A stretch of DNA of 32,000 nt from contig JAZNTI010000042.1 of assembly GCA_045591725.1 (NCBI GenBank), positions 11,464 through 43,463 of the forward strand. The letters run 5' to 3'. Positions 1 through 9,429 of this stretch are shown piece after piece (positions within the stretch are counted from its first letter, which is position 1; each line of letters starts with the position of its first letter). Below the pieces are notes generated by a model that saw only the letters and a program-made list of their open reading frames with translations, did no database searches and was not told where the DNA came from. The position numbers and the translations under genes were made by a program. Origin of the DNA: Faecousia sp. Its GTDB lineage: Bacteria; Bacillota; Clostridia; Oscillospirales; Oscillospiraceae.

Positions 1-46
1 CATTGCTGACGGTGAGGCGGATGGTTGGCCTCTTTATTACCCGGCT

Positions 47-75
47 ATTCTAGCACAGGGGATTTGATTTGTCAA
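47..75 (-). promoter_or_regulatory. Putative sigma-A promoter firing leftwards out of the window
   Basis: Minus strand reads TTGACA (75..70), a 17-nt spacer, then TAGAAT (52..47) preceded by TGc (extended -10). It lies directly after the aspartate kinase stop. The gene it would drive is outside the window. Confidence 0.45.
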
Positions 76-129
76 GCATCTCTTTATAAAAAAGAATAAG
101 GATTTCAAAAATCGGCAATGATCCATTCA

Positions 130-864
130 TCAGTCCATGACCAGCGTGCCCTGCCCCGGTCGGAAAGAGGAGAGCACCTGAATAGTAACCTTATGCTCCC
201 GAGCCAGTTCCACACACCGATGGTGCAGCACCTGCGCGCCGCCTTGCGCCAGCGCCAGCATAGCGTCATAACCAATGCGGTAAAAACGCACTGCATCGGG
301 GAATTTTCTGGGGTCACGGTCATAAACGCCGTCCACATCCGTATAGATCTGACAAACATCGGCATGCAGATAGGCTGCCAGCGCCACCGCCGTAGTATCC
401 GAGCCGCCTCTGCCCAAAGTGGTGATATTGCCGTCGGCATCCATGCCCTGAAAACCTGCAACGATCACAATTCGTCCGGCATCCAGTTCGGTGCGGATAC
501 GGGTGGTATCCACATCGGTGATCCGTGCATCACCATAAGCGCCATCGGTCATGATGCCGGCCTGGATTCCGGTCAGGCTCACCGCATCCGCGCCCAAAAG
601 GCGCAGCGTCATAGCCATTTTAGCAGCAGACATCTGCTCGCCTGCCGCCAAAAAAGCATCCATCTCCCGTTTGGAAGCATCCGGCTTCAGATAAAACACT
701 TCCTCCGTAAGACGGTCTGTTGTATGTCCTTGTGCGGAAACCACCGCCACCACCAGGTTGCCCTTCTCTTTTTGTTGCATAATGCGCCGAGCGGCGGTAA
801 AAATACGCTCCTGATCCATCAATGAAGTTCCGCCGAATTTCAAAACAGTCAACAACTGCTTCAC
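130..864 (-). CDS. Aspartate kinase, catalytic amino-acid-kinase domain only (no ACT domains)
   Basis: 244-aa ORF with KFGGTS near the N-terminus plus LGRGGSDTTA and IYTDVDGVY motifs typical of aspartokinases. It stops where the ACT regulatory domains normally begin. The ORF-track start is GTG at 864, but GGAGG (868..864) overlaps it. TTG at 855, 8 nt after the GGAGG, is a likelier start. Confidence 0.85.
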   Translation of the reverse strand: MKQLLTVLKFGGTSLMDQERIFTAARRIMQQKEKGNLVVAVVSAQGHTTDRLTEEVFYLKPDASKREMDAFLAAGEQMSAAKMAMTLRLLGADAVSLTGIQAGIMTDGAYGDARITDVDTTRIRTELDAGRIVIVAGFQGMDADGNITTLGRGGSDTTAVALAAYLHADVCQIYTDVDGVYDRDPRKFPDAVRFYRIGYDAMLALAQGGAQVLHHRCVELAREHKVTIQVLSSFRPGQGTLVMD

Positions 865-902
865 CTCCGCAACATTCTACGCATTCAAGCGACAATTTGT
901 GC

Positions 903-938
903 AAAAAAGCGCCCTACACCGTATAAGATGCAGGGCGT
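903..938 (-). terminator. Intrinsic terminator after the ACT-domain gene
   Basis: Stem GCGCCCT (909..915) pairs with AGGGCGT (932..938), with one G-U pair. The A-run 903..908 on the plus strand gives a T-tract on the minus strand immediately 3' of the hairpin. Confidence 0.5.
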
Positions 939-948
939 AATAATCCTA

Positions 949-1389
949 TCAGCCGGCAATAAGTTCTGCCTTAATGACACCGGGGGTGTCCTTCAGTTGC
1001 TGCAGCAAATCTTCCAGGGTCACGCCGACACCGGCAGTGCGCACACTGGTGGTCACCAATGCGCAGCCGTTGGTGGGGATAATGGAATTGATGGAAAGAA
1101 TGTTCACTTCGTGCTGCGCAATGATCTTCAGCAAAGAAGAAAGCACGCCGGGCTCATCATGCATCAGAAGTTGGAAAGTGATGATCCGGCCGGTCATCAT
1201 ATTGTGGAACGGCAGGATGGAATCACGGTACTTATAGTATGCGCTGCGGCTGATGCCGGTCATGCGGGTGGCATCATTGACCGTGGCTGCCTCACCTACG
1301 GACAGCAGGCGCTTTGCCTCCGCCACTTTCACAAACACCTCAGGCAGCGCAGATGCCTCGACGATGTAATACTGCTGTTTCTTTCCCAT
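949..1389 (-). CDS. Stand-alone ACT-domain protein (UPF0735/PheB-like) with an HTH-like N-terminal segment
   Basis: ATG at 1389 is preceded by GGAGGGGA; the upstream ATG at 1452 has no RBS. The N-terminal segment TRMTGISRSAYYKYRD looks like a helix-turn-helix. The C-terminal part (GVLSSLLKIIAQHEVNILSINS...) is ACT-like. Confidence 0.75.
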   Translation of the reverse strand: MGKKQQYYIVEASALPEVFVKVAEAKRLLSVGEAATVNDATRMTGISRSAYYKYRDSILPFHNMMTGRIITFQLLMHDEPGVLSSLLKIIAQHEVNILSINSIIPTNGCALVTTSVRTAGVGVTLEDLLQQLKDTPGVIKAELIAG

Positions 1390-1423
1390 AAAATCCCCTC
1401 CGAATACAGATGGTTTTACGATT

Positions 1424-1452
1424 TTGCGCAGATCTTTAGAACATTGTATCAT
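1424..1452 (+). promoter_or_regulatory. Putative promoter of ytvI
   Basis: TTGCGC (1424..1429), a 17-nt spacer, then TATCAT (1447..1452), about 50 nt upstream of the ytvI ATG. Confidence 0.35.
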
Positions 1453-1502
1453 ATATTTTTAAAAATGCAACCACTGTTTCGCCAATTTGAAAGGAGTATT
1501 CC

Positions 1503-2561
1503 ATGACCCAGCCCAACACCCGGAAGATCACCATCATACTGATCAGCATAGCGGCATTTTGGCTTTTAAGCAAATATCTGCTTCCTGTTTTGCTGCCGTT
1601 TTTACTGGCGGCTATACTGGCGCTGGCCGCAGAGCCTTTGGTGCGCACATTCAGCGGCAAATTGCATCTTCCCCGCGGGGTGGCCTCTTTCCTCGGCATC
1701 AGTGTCGCACTGACCTGTGCGGTGATCTTGGTGCTTTGCCTTTGTGCCCTTGCGCTGCGGCAATTGGGAGCGCTTTCAGGGGTGCTGCCCAGCGTAAGCA
1801 ACGCCGCGGTGTCCGGACTGAATTCACTGGAAAACTTCCTTTTGGGATTGTCGGCAAAAACCCCGGAAAATATCCAAACCGTGTTAAATAGCAGCATAGA
1901 AAACCTCTTTTCCGACAGCACCAAACTGGTCAGCCGGGCCATGGACGGTCTGCTGAGTGTTGCGTCGGGTGTTCTGACAAAGATCCCGGACAGCGCTTTG
2001 GGGTTTGGTACATGGATCCTGGCATCGTTTATGATCTCCGCAAAGCTGCCGGCCATTCGCGCATTTCTGCGCCTGCGCATTCCCCAAACCCAGCGGCTGC
2101 AACTGCGCGCAAGGCTTTCCCATCTACGCAAAAACATCGCACTCTGGCTTACCGCAGAACTGAAACTCTCCTGCGTGACCTTTTTGGTGCTGACGCTGGG
2201 ATTTTTGCTGCTGCGCATCTCCTATGCGCCCCTTTGGGCAGCGCTGATCTCTTTGGTGGACGCGCTGCCCATTCTGGGCAGTGGCACGGTACTGGGGCCA
2301 TGGAGCATTATCAGTTTGCTGCAGGGAGATACCGCCCAGGGACTGGGACTTTTGGGCATCTGGGGCACAGCATCACTGCTGCGCACCACCCTGGAGCCCC
2401 GGCTGGTGGGAAAGCAGTTGGGACTGGACCCATTGGTGACCCTGCTGGCCATGTACACCGGCTATCGGCTTTGGGGAATACTGGGCATGATCTCCGCGCC
2501 CCTTCTGGCGGTAACCTTTACCCAACTGACACTGCCCCCTGCCGATACTGAAAAGCACTGA
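1503..2561 (+). CDS. ytvI: AI-2E family transporter / sporulation integral membrane protein YtvI-like
   Basis: 352-aa polytopic membrane protein containing the family-typical DALPILGSGTVLGPW segment. GGAG lies upstream of the ATG at 1503. Confidence 0.8.
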   Translation: MTQPNTRKITIILISIAAFWLLSKYLLPVLLPFLLAAILALAAEPLVRTFSGKLHLPRGVASFLGISVALTCAVILVLCLCALALRQLGALSGVLPSVSNAAVSGLNSLENFLLGLSAKTPENIQTVLNSSIENLFSDSTKLVSRAMDGLLSVASGVLTKIPDSALGFGTWILASFMISAKLPAIRAFLRLRIPQTQRLQLRARLSHLRKNIALWLTAELKLSCVTFLVLTLGFLLLRISYAPLWAALISLVDALPILGSGTVLGPWSIISLLQGDTAQGLGLLGIWGTASLLRTTLEPRLVGKQLGLDPLVTLLAMYTGYRLWGILGMISAPLLAVTFTQLTLPPADTEKH

Positions 2562-2599
2562 AATGCCCCATTATTTCAAACAAATTTCGCCGCAACCTA

Positions 2600-2628
2600 T
2601 TGTGCATCCGGTATAATTTTGATATAAT
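2600..2628 (+). promoter_or_regulatory. Putative sigma-A promoter of the recJ-rel-dtd cluster
   Basis: TTGTGC (2600..2605), a 17-nt spacer, then a perfect TATAAT (2623..2628), 20 nt upstream of the recJ ATG. Confidence 0.5.
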
Positions 2629-2648
2629 ATGCAAAAAAGTTAAATTGG

Positions 2649-4706
2649 ATGTGTATTGCCTTGAAGTATGGAGTATGGAATGTAGCAACCCCGGAGATGG
2701 ATGCAGTAAACGCCCTGGTTGGCAGCGGGTATACGCCCCTGACCGCCATGGTGCTGGCTTCCCGGGGCATTTTGAACGCCCAAAAAGCAAATGACTATCT
2801 CAGTTGCGACGCCCGTTTGCCCGATCCGATGCTGATGAAAGATATGGCAAAAGCCGCAGCACGAGTAAAAAAAGCCATTGGAAACCGGGAAAAGATCGCC
2901 GTTTTCGGCGACTATGACGTGGACGGTATCACTGCCACCTGCCTGCTGACCGCCTTTTTGCGCCGCCACGGCGCCAACTGTGTCAGTTACATCCCCGGCC
3001 GGCTGGAAGAGGGCTACGGCTTAAACCCCATCGCCCTGCGCCAACTGCACAGCGATGGTGTGAACCTGATCATCACCGTCGACTGCGGAATCACTGCCGC
3101 TACCGAAGCGCAACTGTGCAAACAGTTGGGCATGGATCTCGTGATCACCGACCACCACGAATGCAAAATGTGGCTGCCGGAAGCGGTGGCTGTGGTTGAT
3201 CCTCACCGTCCGGACTGCGATTACCCCCACAAAAATCTCTCCGGAGTGGGTGTAGCATTCAAACTGGCTGCCGCCATCTGCGGAAGTCAGGAATGGGTGC
3301 TGCAGGAATACGCAGACATGGTCTGTCTGGGCACCGTGGCTGATGTAATGGTGCTGCAGGGCGAGAACCGGGTGTTTGTCAACCGGGGTCTTCAATTGCT
3401 GCGCGCCACCCGGCGTCCCGGCATTGCCGCGCTGTTGCGCGAAAGCGGATGCGATATGTCCTCCATCAGTGCTTCCACCATCGGTTTCGTTCTCGCACCC
3501 CGGATCAACGCCGCCGGACGCATGGGAAAAATTGACCTTGCCATCAACCTGTTCTTAACCGACGACGAAGATCAGGCGGAAGAACTTGCCAGAGCACTGT
3601 GTGAACTGAACCGCCAACGGCAGAGCGTAGAATCTCAGATCTATGACGAAGCCGTGGCCATGCTGCCCAAGGGTCGCACGCCGGAAGCCATCGTTCTTGC
3701 CAGCGACAACTGGCATCAGGGCGTAGTTGGCATCGTTGCCAGCCGCATGGCAGAAGAATACTGCTGCCCCACCTTCCTGATCTGCCTTGACGGTGATCAC
3801 GGCAAGGCCAGTTCCCGCAGTTACGGCGGCTTTAACCTGTTTACATCCCTGACCGCCCTTTCCAAATTGCTGGAAAGTTACGGCGGTCACGAATTGGCAG
3901 CCGGCTTTACCATTCACCGGGACAAGATCAACGCTTTCCGGGAAGAGATCTGCCGCATGGCCGCCAACTACTACACCAATGACGAATGCCGCACGGCGCT
4001 GCAGATCGATTGCGCCGTAACGCCGGATCTGATGACCATCAAGGGCATCGAATCTCTCAGCGCGCTGGAGCCCTGCGGCAACGGCTGCCCCAGGCCCATT
4101 CTTTGCATGATGAGCATGACCGTTGACCGCATCAGCATGGTCAGCAACGGTCGGCATATGCGCCTGCGCCTGCGCTGGCGCCACCACACCGTGGCAGGAA
4201 TCTACTTCTCCGCCACACCGGAGACCGCCTCCATCGAACCCGGCGACATCGTAGATGTGGCATTTGTACCACAGATCAACGATTTCCGGGGTGAGCGCAC
4301 GGTGCAGATGAACGTTTTGGACATCCGCCCCAGTTGCAGCGCCCCCTGCTCCCCTGACACCACCGGCTACAGCGGTCTGAAAAAAGGCTGCATCCGCCCC
4401 GAGGATGCCGAAAAACTCCTGCCCGACCGGAATACGCTGGCAACAGTATGGCGTTACCTGGCCGCCGCTGCCACGCCTGTGCAGGAAGATCCCATGTGCC
4501 TTTGCCGCAAGATCGTCCGCCGCAGCGGCAGTCCCCTGAGTTTGGGGCAACTGCTTACCTGCCTGGATATTTTCCGGGATGTGGGACTCCTTAGCATCAC
4601 ACGCATCCACAACCGCATGGTCATCGAACTGTCTGCCGTAGAATCCAAGGCAGATTTGAACGAAAGCCGGACCATGCAGATCCTCCTGAAAGCAAAAGAG
4701 GGCTAA
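2649..4706 (+). CDS. recJ: Single-stranded-DNA-specific exonuclease RecJ
   Basis: 685 aa with DHH motifs (IAVFGDYDVDGIT, ITVDCG, ITDHH) and a DHHA1-like GGHELAAGF motif. The exact start is uncertain because the RBS at 2649 is weak. Confidence 0.9.
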   Translation: MCIALKYGVWNVATPEMDAVNALVGSGYTPLTAMVLASRGILNAQKANDYLSCDARLPDPMLMKDMAKAAARVKKAIGNREKIAVFGDYDVDGITATCLLTAFLRRHGANCVSYIPGRLEEGYGLNPIALRQLHSDGVNLIITVDCGITAATEAQLCKQLGMDLVITDHHECKMWLPEAVAVVDPHRPDCDYPHKNLSGVGVAFKLAAAICGSQEWVLQEYADMVCLGTVADVMVLQGENRVFVNRGLQLLRATRRPGIAALLRESGCDMSSISASTIGFVLAPRINAAGRMGKIDLAINLFLTDDEDQAEELARALCELNRQRQSVESQIYDEAVAMLPKGRTPEAIVLASDNWHQGVVGIVASRMAEEYCCPTFLICLDGDHGKASSRSYGGFNLFTSLTALSKLLESYGGHELAAGFTIHRDKINAFREEICRMAANYYTNDECRTALQIDCAVTPDLMTIKGIESLSALEPCGNGCPRPILCMMSMTVDRISMVSNGRHMRLRLRWRHHTVAGIYFSATPETASIEPGDIVDVAFVPQINDFRGERTVQMNVLDIRPSCSAPCSPDTTGYSGLKKGCIRPEDAEKLLPDRNTLATVWRYLAAAATPVQEDPMCLCRKIVRRSGSPLSLGQLLTCLDIFRDVGLLSITRIHNRMVIELSAVESKADLNESRTMQILLKAKEG

Positions 4707-4709
4707 ACT

Positions 4710-6899
4710 ATGGAAACCTTCTGTGAACATTATGACTCCATGTGCAGTACCATCCAAAAATGTCTACCCGGCACCAATATGGACCTGCTACGGCAGGCAG
4801 TGGATTACGCTGCCAACAAGCACAAAGAGCAAAAACGCAAAGACGGCTCACCGTACATCATCCACCCCCTGGCGGTGGCGGAGATCGTGGCGGAAATGGG
4901 TTTGGATATGGACGCCGTTTTGGGCGCTCTGCTCCACGACTGCATTGAAGATACCGACGCATCCCATGAAGAGATCGCGAATCTGTTCGGCGAAACCGTA
5001 GCCATGCTGGTCGAAGGCGTTACCAAACTGACCCGGGCCAACTTCTCCTCTTCCGAGCAGGCGCAAATGGAAAATCTGCGCAAGATGTTCATGGCCATGA
5101 GCCAGGACATCCGGGTAGTGCTCATCAAGATCGCCGACCGCCTGCACAATATGCGCACCATGCAGTATCAAACCCCGGAAAAGCAGATCAGCAAATGCCG
5201 GGAGACCATGGACATCTACGCACCTTTGGCGCACCGCCTTGGTATGCAGAAAATCAAGTGGGAACTGGAAGATATTGCTCTAAGGTATCTGGATCCGGAA
5301 GACTATGAACACATCATGTCCTACCTCACTGCCCACAAAGAGCAGGACGAGGCATTTATGCGCGTCATTCAGGGCAAGATCTCTGACCGACTGTCCTCCA
5401 TGGGCATCAACTGCACCGTCTACGGCCGCATCAAGCATGTTTACTCCATCTACCGCAAGATGCAAGCCCAGGGCAAGACCATCGACGAACTGTTTGATGT
5501 GTACGCATTCCGGGTCATCGTGGATTCCATTCCCGACTGTTACAATGTTTTAGGTCATATCCATGACCTGTTCAATCTGGTACCCGGCCGATTCAAAGAC
5601 TATATCTCCACCCCCAAGCCCAATATGTACCAGAGCCTGCACACCACCGTCATCGGCACCCAGGGCATTCCCTTTGAAGTGCAGATCCGCACATGGGAAA
5701 TGCACGAGACTGCTGAATACGGTATCGCAGCCCACTGGAAATACAAGCAGGGCGTCGAAGGCAACGGAAAAGACTTTGACTGGATCCGCCGTCTGCTGGA
5801 AAGCCAGCAGGACACCGACGCGGAAGACTATGTCCGCTCGCTGAAAATCGATATGTTTGACGACGAAGTATTCGTCTTCACCCCCAAGGGCCGCATCGTT
5901 TCCCTGCCTGCCGGCTCTACCCCCATTGACTTTGCCTACGCCATCCACTCCGGCGTCGGCAACTCCATGATCGGCGCCAAGATCAATAACCGCATTGCCG
6001 GCATCGATTCGACGCTGAAAAACGGCGACGTTCTGGAGATCCTCACCTCCAAATCCGCCAAAGGTCCCAGCCGCGACTGGCTGAACATCTGCAAATCCAA
6101 CCAGGCTCGCACCAAGATCAAGCAGTGGTTCAAAAAGGAAAAGCGCGAAGAAAACGTCCAGCACGGCCGCTCCTCTTTCGAATCCGAAATGAAACGTGTG
6201 GGTCTGCCCCTTTCCATCACCATCGACCCCGAAGTCGGCCCGCAACTGCTGAAAAAACTGGCATTTGACAGTTGGGAAGATATGTACGCCGCCATTGGCT
6301 ACGGCGGTCTTACCGCCACAAAGGCTGTCGGCCGCATCCGCGACGATATCAACCGCGCCCTGAAAGTGCAGCAAAACGAAAAGCAGCAACTCAATCCCCT
6401 GCGCACCAACCCTGACAGCGACGCTGTGCGCAACAACCGCCACGCTGTAGGCGGCGTTATCGTCGAAGACATTGACTCGTGTATGATCAAATTTGCAAAA
6501 TGCTGCACCCCCGTGCCCGGTGATGCCATCGTGGGCTTTATCACCAAGGGTTTCGGTGTCAGCATTCACCGCTGCGATTGCCCCAATGCCGCCAATCGGG
6601 ATCACCCCATTCAGGCTGCCCGATGGGTTCGCGTACGCTGGGCCAATATGGACGCCCAGCCCTTTGAAACCACTCTGGAACTGGAGTGCATCACCCGCGA
6701 CGGACTGCTTTTGGACGTGGCGCAGACCATGACCACCGCGCGTCTGCGCGTGAAGGAACTCTTCGGCAAAGACCTGCCCGGCGGCCGCAGCATCTTCACT
6801 GTCAAATTTGAAGTGCAGGATGTCGCCGAACTGGACGCCATCCGCAACAAACTGCTGAACATTCCCGATGTGATCAGTTCCCGCAGAGGACAAAATTGA
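4710..6899 (+). CDS. relA: Bifunctional (p)ppGpp synthetase/hydrolase Rel (RelA/SpoT family)
   Basis: 729 aa. It has an HD hydrolase domain (HPLAVAEI, LLHDCIEDT), a synthetase region (YRSLHTTV-like YQSLHTTVIG, EVQIRT), and TGS and C-terminal ACT-like regions. It starts 3 nt after the recJ stop. Confidence 0.95.
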   Translation: METFCEHYDSMCSTIQKCLPGTNMDLLRQAVDYAANKHKEQKRKDGSPYIIHPLAVAEIVAEMGLDMDAVLGALLHDCIEDTDASHEEIANLFGETVAMLVEGVTKLTRANFSSSEQAQMENLRKMFMAMSQDIRVVLIKIADRLHNMRTMQYQTPEKQISKCRETMDIYAPLAHRLGMQKIKWELEDIALRYLDPEDYEHIMSYLTAHKEQDEAFMRVIQGKISDRLSSMGINCTVYGRIKHVYSIYRKMQAQGKTIDELFDVYAFRVIVDSIPDCYNVLGHIHDLFNLVPGRFKDYISTPKPNMYQSLHTTVIGTQGIPFEVQIRTWEMHETAEYGIAAHWKYKQGVEGNGKDFDWIRRLLESQQDTDAEDYVRSLKIDMFDDEVFVFTPKGRIVSLPAGSTPIDFAYAIHSGVGNSMIGAKINNRIAGIDSTLKNGDVLEILTSKSAKGPSRDWLNICKSNQARTKIKQWFKKEKREENVQHGRSSFESEMKRVGLPLSITIDPEVGPQLLKKLAFDSWEDMYAAIGYGGLTATKAVGRIRDDINRALKVQQNEKQQLNPLRTNPDSDAVRNNRHAVGGVIVEDIDSCMIKFAKCCTPVPGDAIVGFITKGFGVSIHRCDCPNAANRDHPIQAARWVRVRWANMDAQPFETTLELECITRDGLLLDVAQTMTTARLRVKELFGKDLPGGRSIFTVKFEVQDVAELDAIRNKLLNIPDVISSRRGQN

Positions 6900-6918
6900 C
6901 CGAAAGGAGCGCAATCTT

Positions 6919-7383
6919 ATGCGCGCTGTTTTGACCCGCGTAAATTCCGCATCCGTGACCATCGACGGCGAAACGGTAGGCGCCATCGGCAGGGGTTTTC
7001 TCATCCTGCTGGGCGTTGGACCGGAAGATACCGAAAAAGAATGCCGCTACCTTGCGGAAAAAGCGTTGAGCCTTCGGATCTTTGAGGACGAAGACGGCAA
7101 AATGAATCTCGGTCTGGACGCAATCGGCGGCGAAGTGCTGGTAGTCAGCCAGTTCACGCTCTACGGCAATTGCCGCAAAGGCCGCCGTCCCAGTTTCACC
7201 GATGCGGCCGATCCGGTGCTGGGCAACGAACTTTACGAAAAATTCCTGTCCATCTGCGCGGAACTGGGCTATCCGCCCCAGCACGGACGCTTTGGCGCGG
7301 ACATGAAAGTCGCCTCCGTCAACGACGGTCCGGTGACCCTGATTCTGGACACCAAGCAACTCATGGACACCCCCAGGAGATAA
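6919..7383 (+). CDS. dtd: D-aminoacyl-tRNA deacylase
   Basis: 154 aa with MRAVLTRV...GRGFLILLGV and SQFTLYG motifs characteristic of Dtd. GGAG RBS is present. Confidence 0.92.
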   Translation: MRAVLTRVNSASVTIDGETVGAIGRGFLILLGVGPEDTEKECRYLAEKALSLRIFEDEDGKMNLGLDAIGGEVLVVSQFTLYGNCRKGRRPSFTDAADPVLGNELYEKFLSICAELGYPPQHGRFGADMKVASVNDGPVTLILDTKQLMDTPRR

Positions 7384-7387
7384 ATTT

Positions 7388-7981
7388 ATGCTGAAGATCC
7401 ACACGCTTCCCGTGGGCATGCTGCAGACCAACTGCTACATCGCACACCAGGAAAACAGCAGCGCCTGCCTTGTTATCGACCCCGGCGACAACGCAAAAAA
7501 GATCCTCAGCCTTTTGGAGCAGGAACGCCTGACCCCGGCCGCGATTCTGCTGACCCACGGCCATTTCGATCATGACGGCGCTGTAAAAGAACTGGTATCC
7601 GTCTTTAATTGCCCCGTATATTTGCACAAACACGAACTGATCCTGCCGGCGCGTTTTCCCACCGGCAGACAGTTTTATACCCATAACTGCGCCGAGGGCG
7701 ATGTGCTCGACCTGGCCGGCATTGCTGTGACTGTGCTGCACACGCCGGGGCACACGCCGGGCTCGGTATGCTATCTTATGGGAGAACATCTGTTTTCCGG
7801 TGATACCCTGTTTGCCGGAGGCTGCGGCAGAACCGATTTTCCCTGCGGCAGTTGGGAGCAGATGATGCAAAGCCTTAACCGCCTTGCCGCTTTGGGAGGA
7901 GACCTGAATGTCTACCCGGGACACGGTGAAATCACCACCCTGGCTGCAGAAAAGCGGTATAATCCTTATCTGCGAGGCTGA
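7388..7981 (+). CDS. MBL-fold metallo-hydrolase (glyoxalase II-like)
   Basis: 197 aa with the THGHFDHDG (HxHxDH) metal-binding motif and HTPGHTPGS. Confidence 0.85.
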   Translation: MLKIHTLPVGMLQTNCYIAHQENSSACLVIDPGDNAKKILSLLEQERLTPAAILLTHGHFDHDGAVKELVSVFNCPVYLHKHELILPARFPTGRQFYTHNCAEGDVLDLAGIAVTVLHTPGHTPGSVCYLMGEHLFSGDTLFAGGCGRTDFPCGSWEQMMQSLNRLAALGGDLNVYPGHGEITTLAAEKRYNPYLRG

Positions 7982-7983
7982 AT

Positions 7984-9402
7984 ATGAAACTGACACTTAC
8001 CGGTCATGACGACCGTTATGCCGTGGAGCAACTGATGATGTCACTCTTCGGTGCAGACGCTGACGGCGAAGCGACATCTTCCCTCCACCGGAGCAAGACA
8101 TGGCTCACCGCCACCGCCAAAATCACAGTTGACGGGAAAACCGTCACCGCATCCAAGCGCATCCGATCCGCCAACGAGACCGTAAAGACGCGGCGGCAGA
8201 TGCTGCAGCAATGCTTTTATCTGGCGGCAGTAAAATTGCTGCCCAACGCCCCGGCATGGGGCGCACTGGCAGGCGTGCGGCCCACCAAGATCTCCACAAA
8301 GCATCTTCTGGAAGGCGGCACAGCGGAAAGCGCCCGAAAACTGCTGGAAAAGGTCTACTATGTGACCCCCCGGCGGCAAGAACTGGCCATCGACTGCTCC
8401 AAATCCACCGTTCAGGCAGCAAAACTGCTGGACAAAAACGACATTTCCCTTTACATCGGCATTCCCTTCTGCCCCACCCGGTGCAGTTACTGCAGTTTTG
8501 TAAGCCGCACGGTGGGCAAAAAGACGCAACTTCTCGAACCCTACCTGCAGGCGCTTTCGCAAGAGATTGCCTGCACCGGAAAACTCCTTGCAAATTCCGG
8601 CAAGACGGTTCGTACCATCTATATAGGAGGCGGCACGCCCACCACCCTCTCATGTGAGCAAATGAAGCGGCTGTTAGATGCGGTGAATACCCATTTCGAC
8701 CTTGCCCGTTGTCTGGAGTTTACCGTGGAGGGCGGCAGACCCGATACCCTCAGCGCCGAAAAACTGCGCGTTATCCGCGCCGGCGGCGCTGACCGCATGA
8801 GCATCAATCCTCAAACCATGCGCGACCATGTCCTGCGGGCCTGCGGAAGACCCCACGATGCGCAAGCCGTGGTGGATGCCTACCGCTGGGCGATGGACGC
8901 CGGCTTTGAAAACATCAATATGGACCTGATCGCCGGTCTGCCCCAGGACGATTTTGACGGTTTCCGCTATTCACTGGACACCGTCGCCGGTCTTGCGCCT
9001 GCCAACATCACCGTGCACACGCTGGCGCTGAAAAAAGGCGCTGACCTCTTTGAAAAACGGGAAAATCTCTCCACCGCCCGAGAGGTGGCGCAAATGGTGG
9101 AGTACGCCAACGAAGCCCTGCCCGGCCTCGGCTACAAGCCTTACTACCTCTACCGGCAGAAATACATGTCCGGCTCGTTTGAAAACGTGGGCTGGAGCAG
9201 TGGCGGCAGAGATTGCCTTTACAACATCTACATGATGGAAGAACTGCACACCATCGTCTCCCTCGGCGGAGGCGGCATGAACAAACTGAACCTCCCCGAC
9301 GGCACGCTGCAGCGCTTCCACAACCCCAAATTCCCGGAACAGTACATTGAAATGATCGACTCTGTTCTCAAGGACAAAGAAGCACTTTTTGAATTGCTTT
9401 GA
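7984..9402 (+). CDS. hemZ: Radical SAM coproporphyrinogen-dehydrogenase-like protein (HemZ/HemN family)
   Basis: 472 aa with a CPTRCSYCSF (CxxxCxxC) radical SAM cluster motif after an N-terminal extension of about 150 aa, as in HemZ-type proteins. Confidence 0.8.
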   Translation: MKLTLTGHDDRYAVEQLMMSLFGADADGEATSSLHRSKTWLTATAKITVDGKTVTASKRIRSANETVKTRRQMLQQCFYLAAVKLLPNAPAWGALAGVRPTKISTKHLLEGGTAESARKLLEKVYYVTPRRQELAIDCSKSTVQAAKLLDKNDISLYIGIPFCPTRCSYCSFVSRTVGKKTQLLEPYLQALSQEIACTGKLLANSGKTVRTIYIGGGTPTTLSCEQMKRLLDAVNTHFDLARCLEFTVEGGRPDTLSAEKLRVIRAGGADRMSINPQTMRDHVLRACGRPHDAQAVVDAYRWAMDAGFENINMDLIAGLPQDDFDGFRYSLDTVAGLAPANITVHTLALKKGADLFEKRENLSTAREVAQMVEYANEALPGLGYKPYYLYRQKYMSGSFENVGWSSGGRDCLYNIYMMEELHTIVSLGGGGMNKLNLPDGTLQRFHNPKFPEQYIEMIDSVLKDKEALFELL

Positions 9403-9429
9403 CATCAGCAAAGGAAAGGAAGTCATCTC

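Noticed and set aside
14-40. Small hairpin GAGGC...GCCTC followed by TTTATT at the window edge (possible plus-strand terminator)
   Set aside because: The stem is only 5 bp and the upstream gene context lies outside the window, so the call cannot be supported.
3555-4757. 400-aa ORF antisense to recJ
   Set aside because: It lies entirely opposite a confidently identified gene. Its composition is Ala/Gly/Val/His-rich and low in complexity, as expected from the reverse frame of GC-rich coding DNA. It has no RBS and no recognisable motif.
5550-7004. 484-aa ORF antisense to rel and dtd
   Set aside because: Same reasoning: it is a mirror-frame artefact opposite a strongly conserved RelA/SpoT gene.
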